Assembly (NCBI GenBank): GCA_951406725.2
Contig: OX597814.1
Span: 170,066,001 to 170,130,000 of the forward strand
Length of the DNA: 64,000 nucleotides
Reading direction: 5' to 3'
Origin: Octopus vulgaris
Lineage: Eukaryota
Below are positions 38,619-53,094 of the stretch, one piece after another. The translations under genes were made by a program, and so were the position numbers. Numbering within the stretch: the first letter of the stretch is position 1; the number at the start of each line of letters is the position of its first letter. The notes below the pieces were generated by a model that saw only the letters and a program-made list of their open reading frames with translations, ran no database searches and was not told the DNA's origin.

Positions 38619-39744
38619 ATTTTAAATCCATGGTTGGGTTCCAGTCAAACTGGTTTTTACACAGAGTAATATGTAAGAGACGGTACAAATTGTCTATATT
38701 AGAGTAAATTTGGCTTACAGCTGTTTCCAGTAGCCGTTCTAGGTACATTACTGATCAGTTTTACTTAACAGGTCTATTGATCAGTTGATTGAACTACCTA
38801 AAAAACTAAATACTGTTTTCATCAGAGCCATTTCCTGTTCTCCAAAGCAGAACATTGAAGGAATAATACATATATGGGGAAGGGAGGAAAAGAAATTTTT
38901 AATGTGAAGATAGACGCAGGAATGGGTGTGTAGCTTGCTTACCAGCCACATGGTTCTGGGTTCAGACCCACTGCGTGGCACCTTGGGCAAGTGTCTTCTA
39001 CTATAGCCTCAGGCCAACCAAAGCCTTGTGAGTGGATTTGGTAGGCAGAAACTGAAAAGAAGCCCGTCGTATATATGTGTGCGTGTGTGTGTCTGTGTTT
39101 GTCCCCGCGCCCAATATTGCTTGACAACCAATGCTGGCATGTTTATGTCCCTGTAACTTAGTGGTTTGGCAAAAGAGACTGATAGAATAAGTACTAGGCT
39201 TACAAAGAATAAGTCCTATGACTGAAGGTGATTTGTATCCCAGTAATGTATCCTTGATGTTACTGAACCGGGAATGTTGAAATCCAAAGTTCCCCTTGAT
39301 GAAATTTGGACAGAGGATGCGCAGGCATGACTGTGTGGTAAGAAGCTTGCTTCCCAACCACATGGCTCTGGGTCCAGTTCCACTGCATAATACCTTTGGC
39401 AAGTGTCTTCTACTACAGCATTGGGATGACTAAAGCTTTGTGAGTGGATTTTGTAGACAGAAACTCAAAAAAGCCCATCATGTATGTGGGTGTGTGTGTG
39501 TGGGGGGGTGTATTGTGAGTGTGTATTTACGTGTGTTTATGTTGTGTTTATCCCCTCACCATCACTTGACAACCGATGTTGGTGTGTTTACGTCAAATAG
39601 CAGTCAGCAAAAGAGACCTATAAAATAAGTACTAGGCTTACAAAGAATAAGTCCTAGGGACGATTTCTTCAACTAAAACCCTTTTAAGGCAGTGCTCCAA
39701 CATGGCCACCGTCTAATGACTGAAACAAGTAACAGATAACAGAT

Positions 39745-40080
39745 AACCATGTTGGTCAGTCTTCACTTTGAGTGCATTTATAGAGTCTGCTCTCAAAGAG
39801 AGGGACTGCAGAATAGGGAAACACATTGTGTCTAAAAACCATTGGACAGCAGCAGCAAAAGTGACAGCAGAGCTCAACCACCACCTTTCCAACCCTGTGT
39901 CAACCAAAACCATTCATTGTGAGCTCAATAAAGCTGAATACCATGAGAGGGCTGAAATTGCTAAACCCCTCCTGTCCCCTATCAACATTGATAAGTGGAA
40001 AAAGTGATGTCTAGACTAACAGAAATGGTCAATGACGCAATGGAACAATTTCATCTTCTTTGATGAATCATCTTTCTCAA
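39745..40080 (+). mobile_element. Tc1 transposase N-terminal relic
   Basis: TAAKVTAELN-like HTH..PVSTKTIHCEL..IAKPLLS..KWSMTQWNNFIFFDESSF. Confidence 0.8.
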
Positions 40081-40842
40081 ATGGTAAAGTCAATAATTTC
40101 TGTCACAGAGGTAAGATAGTATTGCCTAACCAAAGAGAAACGCCATCATAGCTTAATAATTTATGGAGCAATCCAAAGAATCATAATTGCACAGACTTCA
40201 AATAACAACATTAGATCTTACAAATCCACATTAATCTTTGGTTATCTGAGAGAATACATATTTGATGCTCCAAGTCATGGGTGATATTGTTTTCATGTTT
40301 ATGGTTAGATCTATTATCACACAAGCAATATGCATTTTATTGGCATTTTGTCCAATTCCGCATTGTTGATTTGCAAATGGCTGCTGATGTTAGATTACAT
40401 ACAGAATCAGATTAATGAAAGATGCATCCTTGAAATTACGACCACTTTAGATCAGATCATAAGAGCAAACAATATTTGCATTTTCACATATAAAATGTTA
40501 GAGGTTGAAACTGAAGAATCTCAACATACAACAAAGCATAATACTCTAATGTAATTAATCGATATGGCATTCAAGAGAGATTGAAACAGGGACTGAAAAG
40601 ATTATAACTTCCCAGCTGTTGATGTAAGGGTAATGATTTTTATGAATACTGACAATGAACACTCTTTAAAGCATGATTTTTGTGTTTAAAAATTAAGATA
40701 CTCCGCTAATCAATTTTAAAATATTGATCCCCAAATCTTGACACAACGGCTTAAATATTGGTGAATCAGGACAGCAATTGTTCTATTATTAGTATGTGCA
40801 ATATATGATTGCTCAAACATCAGTAAAGGACTTTTTATTTCT

Positions 40843-41225
40843 AACTAACAGTATCGCCCGGCATTGCTTGGGTTTGTTTTGACCCTTTAGAATTGGAATT
40901 TTTGAAAAGTAAAAATTTTGCGTTATGTAGCTTTAAGTGAACAATTTTCTGGTTGAAATTCACCGAAAAATGGTGACACAGCAGTCATAAAATCGTAAAA
41001 AATAGGGATTTTCATAGAAAAAAAAGTACCTTTTTGATGTAAATAATTTTGGGTCTTAACATGGTCCGATTTGAATTTTATCTTCTACGGAATGAAGAGC
41101 AAGCCTTCTTCTATCATACTCTGAATTTTGGTCAACTTGCACTGCAGGGTCTTGGAAAAGATAGTGTTAGTTGAAGGCTACCAAACCTGCCATACACTGA
41201 CAACTTCAGCTTTATATATATAAAT
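40843..41225 (-). mobile_element. Non-autonomous Helitron
   Basis: Minus strand: TATATATATAAAGCTGAAG head; CCCAAGCAATGCCGGGC hairpin then TTAGT (CTAGT-like) end. Confidence 0.6.
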
Positions 41226-42209
41226 ATTTACAAGCAAGGCCAGCAATTTTTTGAATAAGTAGGCATTAGTCAATTAATTGACCTTCAGTGGTTGAGCGGT
41301 AAATTATTTTATTGACCGTTGAAAGATGAAAGACAAAATTAACCTTCACAGGATTTGAACTCTGAATGTAAATCACCTGAAGAAATACTGCAAGAAAGTT
41401 ATCCTCATGCTCTGACAATTCTGCTAATATACTATTCATGTATATATGGTGGAATATTATGTCAACAACAGCTTGTTGATTCTCATCTTCAAGTTGAGGC
41501 AATGATTTGAATCATGTGAGATACCAGCAAAGATGTCTCAGAGTTGAAAGTATCAAAGACTTGCCAATTACACAGCTACAGTTGCTGGTAATGCAGCTGT
41601 AGAACATACAGTTATTTTACCATTGCCATCATCATCTCCAAAGTCCCGTAGTGAGAGCATTTGAAAAGCTAAATTTATTTACCAAAATGTGCAATCTTGC
41701 ATGGCATAAAATCAGATATAACCTTTTTCTGAGACAAATCCCTTCAGACAGACTAGATGTTGTGGCAACAGTGTTTAAGATTATATTTCTAAGAATTACC
41801 AAACGATATTTGCAAAATAAATATTTCTTAGACATTAAGACATATTGGTACTATATCAAATTCCAGAAAACATGATTATTTCATACCTCATATTTTGATC
41901 CTTTATCATGAAGAAGAAAAATTTAATGACCCTGGCAAAATGAACAAAGTAATGTGTGCAGAAATATCTGGTCCGTGTATGGAACCAACATTTCATGAAA
42001 CCATTAATAAATGAATTATGCATGCTTTCTGTGACAATCTAAATATTAACACACCATGCATGAAGCATTATAAATGTAGTCAAGGCTTCCCTAAAGAATT
42101 TGAGAAACATACTCAAGTGAATGTTGATGGATATCCAGAATATAAGAGGATCAAACAGCACTGTGCAAATCGGCAACAAATACAGATGACAACAGACACA
42201 CTTCTCTTT

Positions 42210-42758
42210 ATAGCATGGTTGTGAGGTTAAGAAGCTCACTTTGAAATCATGTGGTTTTGGGGATCAGCCCCCCCCCCACTGCTTGACATCTTGGGCATGT
42301 CTCTTCTACTATAGACTCAGACCGACCAATGTCATGTGAGTGAGTTTAGTAGACAGAAACTCTGTAGAAGCCTGTTGTGTATGTGGATGTGTGTGTGTGT
42401 GTATGTGTGTGTGTGTGTGCATGTGTACGTGTGTGAGTATGTGCATATGTACGTCTGTGTGTGTGTACGTGTATGTATGAACATGTATGTATGTGTGTGT
42501 GTATGTGTGCATGTGTACGTGTGTGTGTATGTGTGCACGTGTGTGTGTACGTGTGTGTGTATGTGTGTGTGTTTATGTGTGTATGTACATGTGTATATGT
42601 GTGTGCGTGTGTTTGTGTGTGTGTGTGTGTGTGTGCGTGTGTGTGTATGTGTGTGCACGTGTACGTGTGTGTGTGTGTGTGTACGTGTGTGTGTGCATAT
42701 GTACGTCTGTGTGTGTGTGTGTACGTGTATGTATGTACATGTGTGTATGTGTGTGTGT

Positions 42759-42813
<55 letters not shown>

Positions 42814-43020
42814 TGTATGTATGTGTTTGTGTGTGTGTGTGTGTGTGCGTGTGTGTTTGATTGCCCCCTACCATACTGCAGTGTGTTAGTTTGTTTACAG
42901 CCCTGAAACTTAGTGGTTCAGCAAGAGACCAATAATAAGTACTGGGGTTGATTTGTTTGAATAAACACTTTAAGTCCATTCCACAGCATGGCCCCAGTCC
43001 AATGAGTGAAAGAAGTAAAA
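42210..43020 (+). mobile_element. tRNA-derived SINE (4013 family) with ~480 bp expanded (TG)n
   Basis: Family head and tail flank TG array 42375-42857. Confidence 0.8.
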
Positions 43021-44133
43021 AAATCTTTTAAAAATCAATATAGAAATATGATTTTCAAGGAAACACATCTTCAGATATATGCATAAAGAGCTACAATTTT
43101 GCAAATTTTTAAATTGATAAAATTAGTAATGATGACCGAGTAATTTTTCGCAATAAAATTATGTAATACTTAAGTACCAGAATGTTTCTGAATTAATGAC
43201 TTTTAGAAAACAAAATGTATAACAAATTTTGTGTAGTCGTATAAGAGGCACTTCATTTGAAAAATAAACAAAGGGTATTTTACTGAAGGAAATGAAAAGC
43301 AATTATTACAAACTGCTAATTAAAACAAAAGTACCTTCCTGACAATATGGTTCCTCTTGAACGAACAAGATTTCTGGGAGTGAAGCATGAGCTGTTCATC
43401 CATTCCAATTTTATATTTTTGATAAAAAAGACTTCAGTAGTTTGACTCTGAGTCAAAACTATTGAAAATTTTGCAAGACGCAACAAAAATTTTAGGACAA
43501 TAAAAATAAGAAAAACGTGGAAATTTTACCAGTGAGTGTGTTACATAACAAGGCACAAAAAGAACATGACTCTCCCCAGGCACAATAGAATATGCTTCAA
43601 CACACGAACTCATATAAAGAATCTTGCAAACCAAATCCAAAAACAAGACTTCAGTAGACAAATCAAGAATCAGTGATGACAGTGGAACTAATACAAGACT
43701 CAGAATATTATTTTTGAAAGTAAAACAAGTTGTTAAAGTAATTAAAAAAGATTACACAGCAACAAAAATTTGATAAGTAATGGCAATAAATACATTAAAA
43801 AAAGTATGACTGAAGTTTCCTCCCATGAACTTCCTTTTCGTATCAGGCATTTGTCAATCGTGATATTGCTCTATAGATAATCCAAAACCCCCAAGGCAAC
43901 TCTACCAGCATTTTGAAGAAAACATGATAAAATATTCCCCAAAATCAAGGTGCTTTGGGGGGGGGGGGAGGAATAAGAGCAATAAATAAATGCTTGTATT
44001 CAGTATGGAGATTGTGCAATCCTGAAATTGTTTTACCTGATTTCCGTCAGTAACGAGAACTAATCATACAAGATGAGACAAATGTCAGGAGTTTGAATTT
44101 GAAACAAGACATACTTAAATGTATTATACATAC

Positions 44134-44362
44134 TTAACCCTTTTGCTACCATATTTATTTTGAGATGCTCTGTGTTTCTTTCAATTACTTTAAATATAAC
44201 AAAGAATTTAGTAAACTAACTTAGCTATCATTCAGCTAGTGTTAGGAACATAAATTGTGACTAAGGTTTGGTGGAAGATTTTAGTTTAAAACTTATGAAA
44301 ACAAGACATTCATAAAACAGAGCCAGAGGCGGTTTCAGCCAGGCTGGTAACAAAAGGGTTAA
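44134..44362. mobile_element. piggyBac-type MITE
   Basis: TTAA-CCCTTTTGCTACC ... GGTAACAAAAGGG-TTAA. Confidence 0.8.
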
Positions 44363-47300
44363 ATGTTAATTACTTGTAGAGACACCATATTTCATTATGC
44401 AATCATAACATACTACAAAGTATATTAAAATGTTTTATAAGAAAAATATTGAGTTCTGTTGTGTTAGCAGTGCTATTACATCACTTGTTAAGATTATCTC
44501 TTCATATTTTCTATAGAAATATAGAAATTACAACCAGCATTGATTTGTTATGATGTTTTGTATCTGAATCAGCTGAGATAACCTTAAAAAGGGGCTTAAT
44601 GGCACTGCTAACATGGTAGGACACTGTATTAACTAATAAAGTGTTTAATATGTTGTTGTATTTCGGAATGGTCATTTTGCCAGTTTAGCCAATAAAAACG
44701 CATGCACTATATATTTGGTGTTAATTTGCTTCAGTGTAATTTATTTTTTACATTAATCTTAATTTTATTTCGGCCAGAGTTCTTTCGTCACACTCCTGTG
44801 ACCGCATCAGTGGTCCTTTGTTTTCTTCTTTCTTATTTGTGTCTCTCCTTACTAACCATCAGCCATTTTGTATATAAGTGTTTAATATACTTAAATGTGT
44901 AATATACTCTTTTTGTATATTGTAGTATATTATACTTTTAGTATAGTATACTATATTATACTCTTTTCCCTACAGTATCTATAATGCATACATAAACGTA
45001 TTATCACTGCAGCATCTATTATACATAATTATATGTATTATCACTGCACTCAATGATGATCTGGCTGATCATAGACTCTTCTTCATTGATGGATCAGGAG
45101 GATCTGGCAAGGCTTATTTGTATAATATTCTATGTAATTTGTACTATACTCTAATTGGCTACTTGAAGCAAAATGTTGCAAAAACTGTTCGCTTTTGTTC
45201 AACCAGAGGAATTGCAGCAGATTTGTTATGTGGGTGAATGGTACACAGCAGATTTCAACTTACAGCTTCTGCCATGAATACATCAACATCTTACATGATT
45301 ATTCCGGTTTTTAAAGCTACTCCTACCTCTTCTTCATCAATGAAGCATTAATGCTATCTTCCAATTGGCTTCAAATAATTAACGTGCTTTAAAAGAAGAT
45401 AAAGAGGGATAGCAAACTATTTAAGCAAACTATTTAAGGCAAAGTTATTATTCTTGAAGAGGCTTTCCATCAAGTAGTGAATGCAATATTAAGAGATTTA
45501 AGTGTTGATATAGAATCATGTGTCAGTAGTTACCATTTTGGAGATATGTGCAAAAATTATATCTAATTGGTTAACAAGTGATCAGCAACACAAGATGAAT
45601 TCTCAATGTTCCTGCTTAAAATTGGCAATGGAGCTTTACAAAAGGATGTAATAATGGCTTCGAGTAATGCATATGATAAAAAATCATGGAAAGGAAACTT
45701 GAGAAATATATGGTGAATTCGTCACAATGTCACACATGGAATAAGCAACATATAAATTTCAGCATAGATAGTCCTCAAACATCAAAAGCAAAGATGTGCT
45801 CATGTTCAGCATTTTATTATTGGATGTATTCTCGGTAATGTCACGCCAGACCAAAGTGTCACTTTGCAATTTAATCATCATCAACATTTAACATCCATTT
45901 TCCATGTTGGAATGGGTTGGCTGACTTGACAGGAACTGACAATTCCAGGAGCTGCACCAGGTTCCAGAGTATGTTTTATTTTGGTTTCTACAGCTTGATG
46001 TCCTTCCTAACACCAGCCACTTTACGGAGTGTACTGGGTGTTTTTATGTGACACTGTCACCAATGCTTTTTATGTGGCACCTGAAAAATCAGCAGTAAAT
46101 TTTCCCTTTGACTTTTTGTATGCCCAAATTTTACCAAGGATTCCCCTCCCATCATAGACTGAAATTAAAGAAAGTTTGCATAATATGGATTCTTTGAAAC
46201 TTGAATCAAGTATTAAACTTTTTAATGATCCTCATCTGATCATCATGTCACTGCATGAGATTTGTATTCATACATTATATTTACAAGAAGACAAATCTAG
46301 CCCATACCAAGGATTATTTTGACTTTAAACACAATTTAACTATTCTGGTTGGAAAGAAGAAACTTTCCTGTTATTTCTGCATTTTCAATGATGGTAAACA
46401 AATTGCAAAACTTTTAATAAAATAGGTTTCTTCTTATTGTAACCTGTATTCAGCTATGTCCAATCTTATGTAATTCTGAGTACAATTTGGCTCTACAGAT
46501 GGAAGGATACAAAAGTCAAAGACCCTGGAAATCAAATGTCTCAACAAAAAATGCTGTCATCATGAAATTTTTACATTAAATATCTTATAATAAAATTTTG
46601 CATTGCTTTACTTATTCTATAATTAAACGAACCTCATCATTTTTGATAGGTATAACGGAAGCATTTATGATAATGATGGTAATGCTAATCACTTCATGCT
46701 TATGTTATGGAGGTTGATTAAAGCACTGAAATGTAATTCTGATGTATGTAGACAATAGACAAAGATTTAGAATTTTAATGTTCACATAATGTAACTTATG
46801 TATTGTATTGAAATATTTAATATTAAAAGTGTTTAAACGCTTTGTGTTTCCTTGGGCTACTAAAAATATGTATTATCATGTAGATTTTTTTGTGAGCATT
46901 CCATTGAGATGTGTAAGTGTCAGTATGCTGTGTTTATATGATCTATTAATATTCATATTTAAAATAAATGTATTCGGAAAGTCTATAATGATAGTTAAGC
47001 ATGTGTTTTGAAACTTGGGAAGTTTTCCTGAGATAGATAATGTACAGTTGGTTCAAATGAATTACTGATATGTTTAAATGCTGACCTGATGAGTTTAGGT
47101 GATCAAAAATATGTTGATGTGGGTCTACAATATTTAGACAATCAAATAATACTTTGATTCATTGAGGTATTGAAGCAACATTGAGGATACCACTAAAGAT
47201 TTCCCTTCATGTGCTGGTAATCCAGCTTTGTAGGGCTTATTGACACTAGACAATAATTTCACAGGAAAATAAATGTTAAGTTGTGTATTTCATTCTATGA

Positions 47301-48044
47301 AACGACGGTGATGGTCGTTTAGAGAATGCATAGGCTAAGACTACGCGCCTTCCCTAGTCAGTTAAGGTGAGACAGTGTCACGTGACAACTTGCTGGGGCT
47401 GCCTGCTGGAGCCTAGTGGCAGGTATTTAAAGGGAAAAATTTGACAAGTCAGTCAGTCACTGGCTGACACTTGCTGACGATACATCAAAGAGGCCAGGGA
47501 ACAGAAGAAAGAAGAAGAAAGAAGACATGCACCCAACACCAGAGCTGAAGACACCTCTGAAAGGAGGGGCCCCGCCACGTCAAAATGGTAGAGGAGTAGG
47601 GGCCGAAACTGGACGTGGTTCCTCCTGATGATGTCTTGAGCTGACTGGATCCTATAAAGGAGCTGTTGTAGTAGCAGACCACGAAACACGGTTGTAATTC
47701 CTCCTGTTGAGGGTTGTAGCAATGCTTTTGAATTGGCTTCAAATAAGAATTAAAATCAGGTTACTGGTTCAATTCTCTAGCAAACAGTTCCATTTTCTGG
47801 TGCCTACCCTAAAGTGTATTTTCGAAAGAGACACAGGCAGGGATTTGGTATAGAGCAAAAAATGCAATGAAAGTTTAGACAACCATTATTTCTATGGCTG
47901 TGTTATAATTGACATATTGAATAATCAATAGGAACAGAAGTAATAGAAGTTTCTTTTCTTATATAGTCCCAGGCTGAATAAAGCTTTGTGAGTGGATTTG
48001 GTAGGCAGAAACTGAAAGAAGCTCTCTACATATATGTAAATATA

Positions 48045-48300
48045 ATAATAATGATAATAATGAAATTATTGTATATAGTGCTCAGGTGCACCACAACTTG
48101 TCAAAATTGCATATAAAGCATAAATGTCTGGGAAGTGAACAGTGTATGAGTCAGATACATGCTTGCATGTGTATGGAGGGGAGAAAATCAGGTGTAGTGT
48201 TGGTGAATCTCAGGAAGCATGGAAGTTTTGAAGGATGCAGTGCTCCGACAGCTAACAACTGATGCCAGCAGTTTGTTCCATGCTTCAGCAAATCTTAGCG
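48045..48300 (-). mobile_element. CR1-like LINE 3' end nested in a SINE
   Basis: LRFAEAWNKLLASVVSCRSTASFK followed by UTR and ATT-rich tail; same tail at ~24855-24900. Confidence 0.6.
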
Positions 48301-49265
48301 TATGTATATGAATATGTATATATCCATTCATGTGTATCTTTGTGTCTGTATTTGTCCCCCACCATCGCTTGTAACTGGTGTTGGTTTGTTTATGTCTACA
48401 TAACTTATTTGTTCAGCATAAGAGATCAATTGTACCAGGCTTTAAAAAAATAAGTACTAGTGTCAATTTGTCTGACTAAGCCCTTCAAGACAATGCCCCA
48501 GCATGGCCAAAATCCAATTACTAAGCAAGTAAAAGATAAAGTATAGAAGGTAAATAACCAGTTGAGAAGAGAGAATTATCTTCAATAAGATTTTATTAAT
48601 AAACCAAACATTTTTATATACATAATGTACTATTTGTTGAATTTTTGTATGTTCTGTATGTGAATTAAGAAATAGTGACATTGCCAAAAGATGAGAGCTG
48701 TGGAATCTCACATAAACGTAGGACATAGCCTAGGGTTACAACAAAAATAATCTCTAAGACAGAAAGTTATGGCATGAGAGTTACCTTATTAAATGTGTGC
48801 TTCACAACGCATAGCCTTCAGCCACAATAAGAAAAATCCCTATAAAGGGATGAACTTCAGGGGTTTTTATATGCTCGTTAAAACGTTTTGAAATATCCCT
48901 TAAGACTTTTAGGCGTGAATTTAATCTTTTCTTTTTGTCTGTCAATGCTTATCAAAAACTGATATCAAAGATAATTGGTCGGAAAAAATGTCGTTAGATG
49001 TTATAATAGAGCTTAAAGATATAGCCAAATTAACTCTGATCGACATTAGGAAATATTAATCTCTGGTAATATTAATCACTTGTAGCAATTATCTCTGGTC
49101 AACATTATCAAATATGTTATTATTAGTCAGCAGAAGCAATTTTCTGTAATCAACATTACCAAACATAATAATATTATTTGCTACAAGCAGTTTTGATTTC
49201 AAAACTTAAACATTCCAAGTTCAAATTCAAAGAAAGCTATCTGCTACACTTCTGTTGATGACAAA

Positions 49266-49361
<96 letters not shown>

Positions 49362-49393
49362 TTCTTCCTTCCTCTTTCTCTCCCTTCCTCTCC

Positions 49394-49617
49394 TTAACTC
49401 TTTAACATTTAAACCGGCCATTTCAGGCCCAAACATTCTACCTGTTTTCTGTTCAAACTGGCCAGATCTGACCTCTCACACCTACTCTACAATGTTATTC
49501 TCAAAATAAACAATCACATCATAAAAATATCAAACCTAAAAGATAACACATATTTCAGAACAATGTGGCTCAGTAAGCATCACCTTTCACAGAGTAAATT
49601 GAATGCTAAAAGGTTAA
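49394..49617. mobile_element. TTAA-bounded MITE
   Basis: TTAACTCTTTAACATT...AATGCTAAAAGGTTAA; related copy at ~62878-63103. Confidence 0.6.
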
Positions 49618-50264
49618 CCCTTTAACCTCAAGGTAAACAATACTTAACATTCAAATATCAAGTATTGTGGAAGATACTCAACACCGAAGCACCAATCTCA
49701 GAATCCCAGTTGTCCCCAACAGAGCTGTTTTGGGGGCATGCTCTGCCCTCATATCAATTCCAATTTCTCCAACATCCCTTCATCATCAAAAAATAAAGCT
49801 CCATGACAACTGTATTCATCATCTTAATCCATTTTGTTCAAAGTCTGTGTTGCTCACCCACAAGGCACCTGCCAGGGGAAAGTCTGTTACCTGTGGGTTT
49901 GTTCTCATTTATGCTGACGTTTGTATTAATTTTTTTATCCATTATTCTCATAATCAAGAAAGTGGTGATAAGGTGTCACAACCACCAGTATTTTTATTGA
50001 GACACCGTCTCTAGAGGGGTTTGTCTCAAAAGACTCAGGGGGGCCTCACTACCCTTAAAAGTTTAAGTGAGCTGTCCTGCACTGGATATCAACCCAATAC
50101 TCTGAGTTCTGCAGCTGTTGAAATACATATATATATATTCAAAAATTACATCATGTCAGTCTACTTCATGTTTTTTTTTTAAAGATTATATAGGACTGAG
50201 GTAACTCCTCCAGAAGTTATAGAGAAATAAACAGAAGAGTGTCACAGTTGTCATGTGAAATTAG

Positions 50265-50640
50265 TTGAAGAAGTACAAGAAGGATGCTGAATGGTTGCAA
50301 GAACTGAAACAAACAGTTGTCTGTCCAAAACAGGCAGAACTAGTCATTTCAGTTACAAAAGTGAAGGATATCAGCAAAAAAATGGGCAACTGGAAGGCCC
50401 CGGGACCAGATGGAGTTCAAGGCTACTGGATCAAAAGACTTGGTGAATATCATGCACAAATTGCTGCACAACTCAACACTTTGTTAAATGCCAACCAAGT
50501 AACACCAGAGTGGTTGACAATGGGCAGGACAGTGCTATGCTTGAAAAACAGCGAAAAATTGCAACACGGTAGACAATTACAGGCCAATATCTTGCTTGTC
50601 ACTCATGTGGAAATTATTAACTGGGATAGTCGCAGAGTCA
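50265..50640 (+). mobile_element. R4/Dong-like non-LTR RT fragment
   Basis: KMGNWKAPGPDGVQGYWIKRL...PEWLTMGRTVL; [18 protein letters not shown]. Confidence 0.85.
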
Positions 50641-50673
50641 TTATTATTATTATTATTATTATTATTGCTATTG

Positions 50674-50735
<62 letters not shown>

Positions 50736-51058
50736 GAGTGAGAGAGCAGTGCATGCCATCAAAGTGACACTGGGGTAAAATATACAAAGCCCAGTATACC
50801 CATCATGACTACCTGTCTGATAAGGGTACACCAGGCACATGCATCACAACCATACGTGCGTGACATGGTGATCTCATATCAAGGTAAGCAGGTGGGGCCC
50901 AGTTAGAATTTTCTTCTGGTCGAGTAGCCCATCCCACTCAAAAGGTCCCTGAATAAGGATTGTTTAAGGATGTTGAATGAACCACCCATGTTTCCAAAGG
51001 AGAATCATCAAAAACCTCCAAGAATTCCTTTCAACACATGGCTATGATGCTCCCCCAC

Positions 51059-51059
<1 letters not shown>

Positions 51060-51110
<51 letters not shown>

Positions 51111-51960
51111 GAATTTTTCTTCTTCTTTCGTTTTGTTTCCATTTCTTGTTGAGAGTCTTCCCGACACTAAGGGCAAAGAAACTCACTGTATACATTAACA
51201 AGCCATTAAAATCATTATTACTATTAGTTTTTCTTCTTCTTTCATTTTGTTTCCATTTCTTGTTGAGAGCCTTCTCGACACTAAGGGCAAAGAAACTCAT
51301 TGTATATAATGACAGGCCATTAAAATAAACACACCAGATTGTTCATTTACAAAACTCAATAAAGTCATTAAAAATATTTTACATAGCTGGTAATTCACAA
51401 CGCTGGTTCTCACAGCAACATTGCTCTTCTTAAAAGTGTGAAGTAGCTGTTAAAACAGCCTTTTGCACTTCTTTTTTGATCATTCCAAGTGTTCCTACAA
51501 TCACTGGTACTGTAATTGCCTTGAGATTTTTTAATTTTTTTATTTCAATAAGCAAATCTTTATATTTTCTGAGCTTGTCAAATTCTTTTATATCATTTCT
51601 GCAACATAACATAAACTGCTACGTAAAAATAACTTCACATATGTATCACATAATTTTGATTTTGTTTTATGTGCCAGATCTTACTGCTTTGATTCAACTC
51701 CTCTGTGCATCATAAAATTCCTTTATGTTAAAATAATACCACCTTCTTGTGTTGTTTGAGCCTTTCTCATAAAGTAATCATTCTATTTAGACAATCATTT
51801 CACTATATCATAATTATATCTTTATCATTATTTAATTTCTCAGTACTAAGAAGAAGCCTTCTTCTTATATACCACATTAATCCACTGTTGTGAGATTATC
51901 TATCATGGTTGATAACAATTTCACAGCTTTGACATAATCAGTGTTTATGGTGCTGGTATA
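51060..51960 (-). mobile_element. R4/Dong-like 3' portion (RLE C-terminus), duplicated 3' UTR and (TAA)n tail
   Basis: KLRKYKDLLIEIKKL..TVPVIVGTLGMI..VQKAVL; same tail family at ~24900-25032. Confidence 0.75.
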
Positions 51961-52252
51961 GTTGCATGAAAAGAAAAATCACACCATTAGATTTGTTACA
52001 AAGGAAAGGAAAATATTTTCTTTGATTATTGTGGCATGTATACATTTCCTAAGGCTCTTAGGAGCCTTTATATCAATTTCTGATATAGGCAAAAAGCCAT
52101 AAATTACAGAGGAGAATGCAATATTAGATAAACCACACACTTTGCTAATATTTATGTTATCAACCCCAAAAGAATTTAAATGCAAAGTCAGGCATACCAA
52201 GATTTGAACACAGTGGGTGCAGTTGTGACTGTGTGGTAAAAAGTTTGCTTGA

Positions 52253-52672
52253 AGGCAGTGAGCTGACAGAAACGTTGGCACACCAGGCAAAATGCTAAGC
52301 GGGTATTTTGTCTGCCATTACGTTCTGGGTTCAAATTCCGCCAAGGTCGACTTTGCTTTTCATCCTTTCGGGGTTGATAAATTAAGTACCAGTTACGCAC
52401 TGGGGTCGATATAATCGACTTAATCCGTTTGTCTGTCCTTGTTTGTCCCCTCTGTGTTTAGCCCCTTGTGGGTAGTAAAGAAATAGGTATTTCATCTGCC
52501 GTTACGTTCTGAGTTCAAATTTTGTTGAGGTCCACTTTGCCTTTCATCCTTTCGGGGTTGATAAATTAAGTACCAGTTATGCACTGGGGTCGATGTAATC
52601 GACTTAATCCGTTTGTCTGTCCTTGTTTGCCCTCTCTGTGTTTAGCCCCTTGTGGGCAATAAAGAAATAAGA
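52253..52672 (+). mobile_element. SINE (2933 family) with tandemly duplicated body
   Basis: Body ~52303-52487 repeated at ~52487-52672. Confidence 0.85.
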
Positions 52673-53094
52673 AAGGGAGACTGAGGGAACTAAAAAAAGA
52701 TAGCACATTTATAAGTCAGGGACTGAAGCATTGTCCGTGAGTAACTTCATTGGATGTGGTTTAGTATATCTGTGTGTACAGCAGCAGCAGCAATAGCAAT
52801 AGCATTTCCCCAATGTAAGACCAATATTCCATTCCAGGAGGAAGGTATTTTGTCTGGTGCACTGGTGCCCTATCAATTCTGCCAACTCACTGCCCCTTTC
52901 ATATTGATTGATAAAATGATGTGCACGTATCTAGTTTAGAGTCAGGTGATCATTGTTATATCCTTGCTGTTACATGTTATCCATGAGTTAGGTATTTACT
53001 CTGAGTTTCCAAGCTCATATTTTATTAATATAAATATTTAGATATTCACTGTATATCTAAATATTTACAGCATATTCACATCAATAGGCCAATA

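Larger units (their letters stand above)
40085..46620 (+). mobile_element. Fragmented autonomous Helitron (Rep plus PIF1 helicase) with nested insertions
   Basis: FCHRGKIVLP (~40100), PSHG*YCFHVYG*IYYH, QIPSDRLDVVATVFK, YIKFQKT*LFHTHILI, CSQGFPKEF..DGYPEYKR (~42130), LFFIDGSGGSGK (~45080), FLLKIGNG, NFPVISAFSMMVNK (~46380). Confidence 0.85.
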
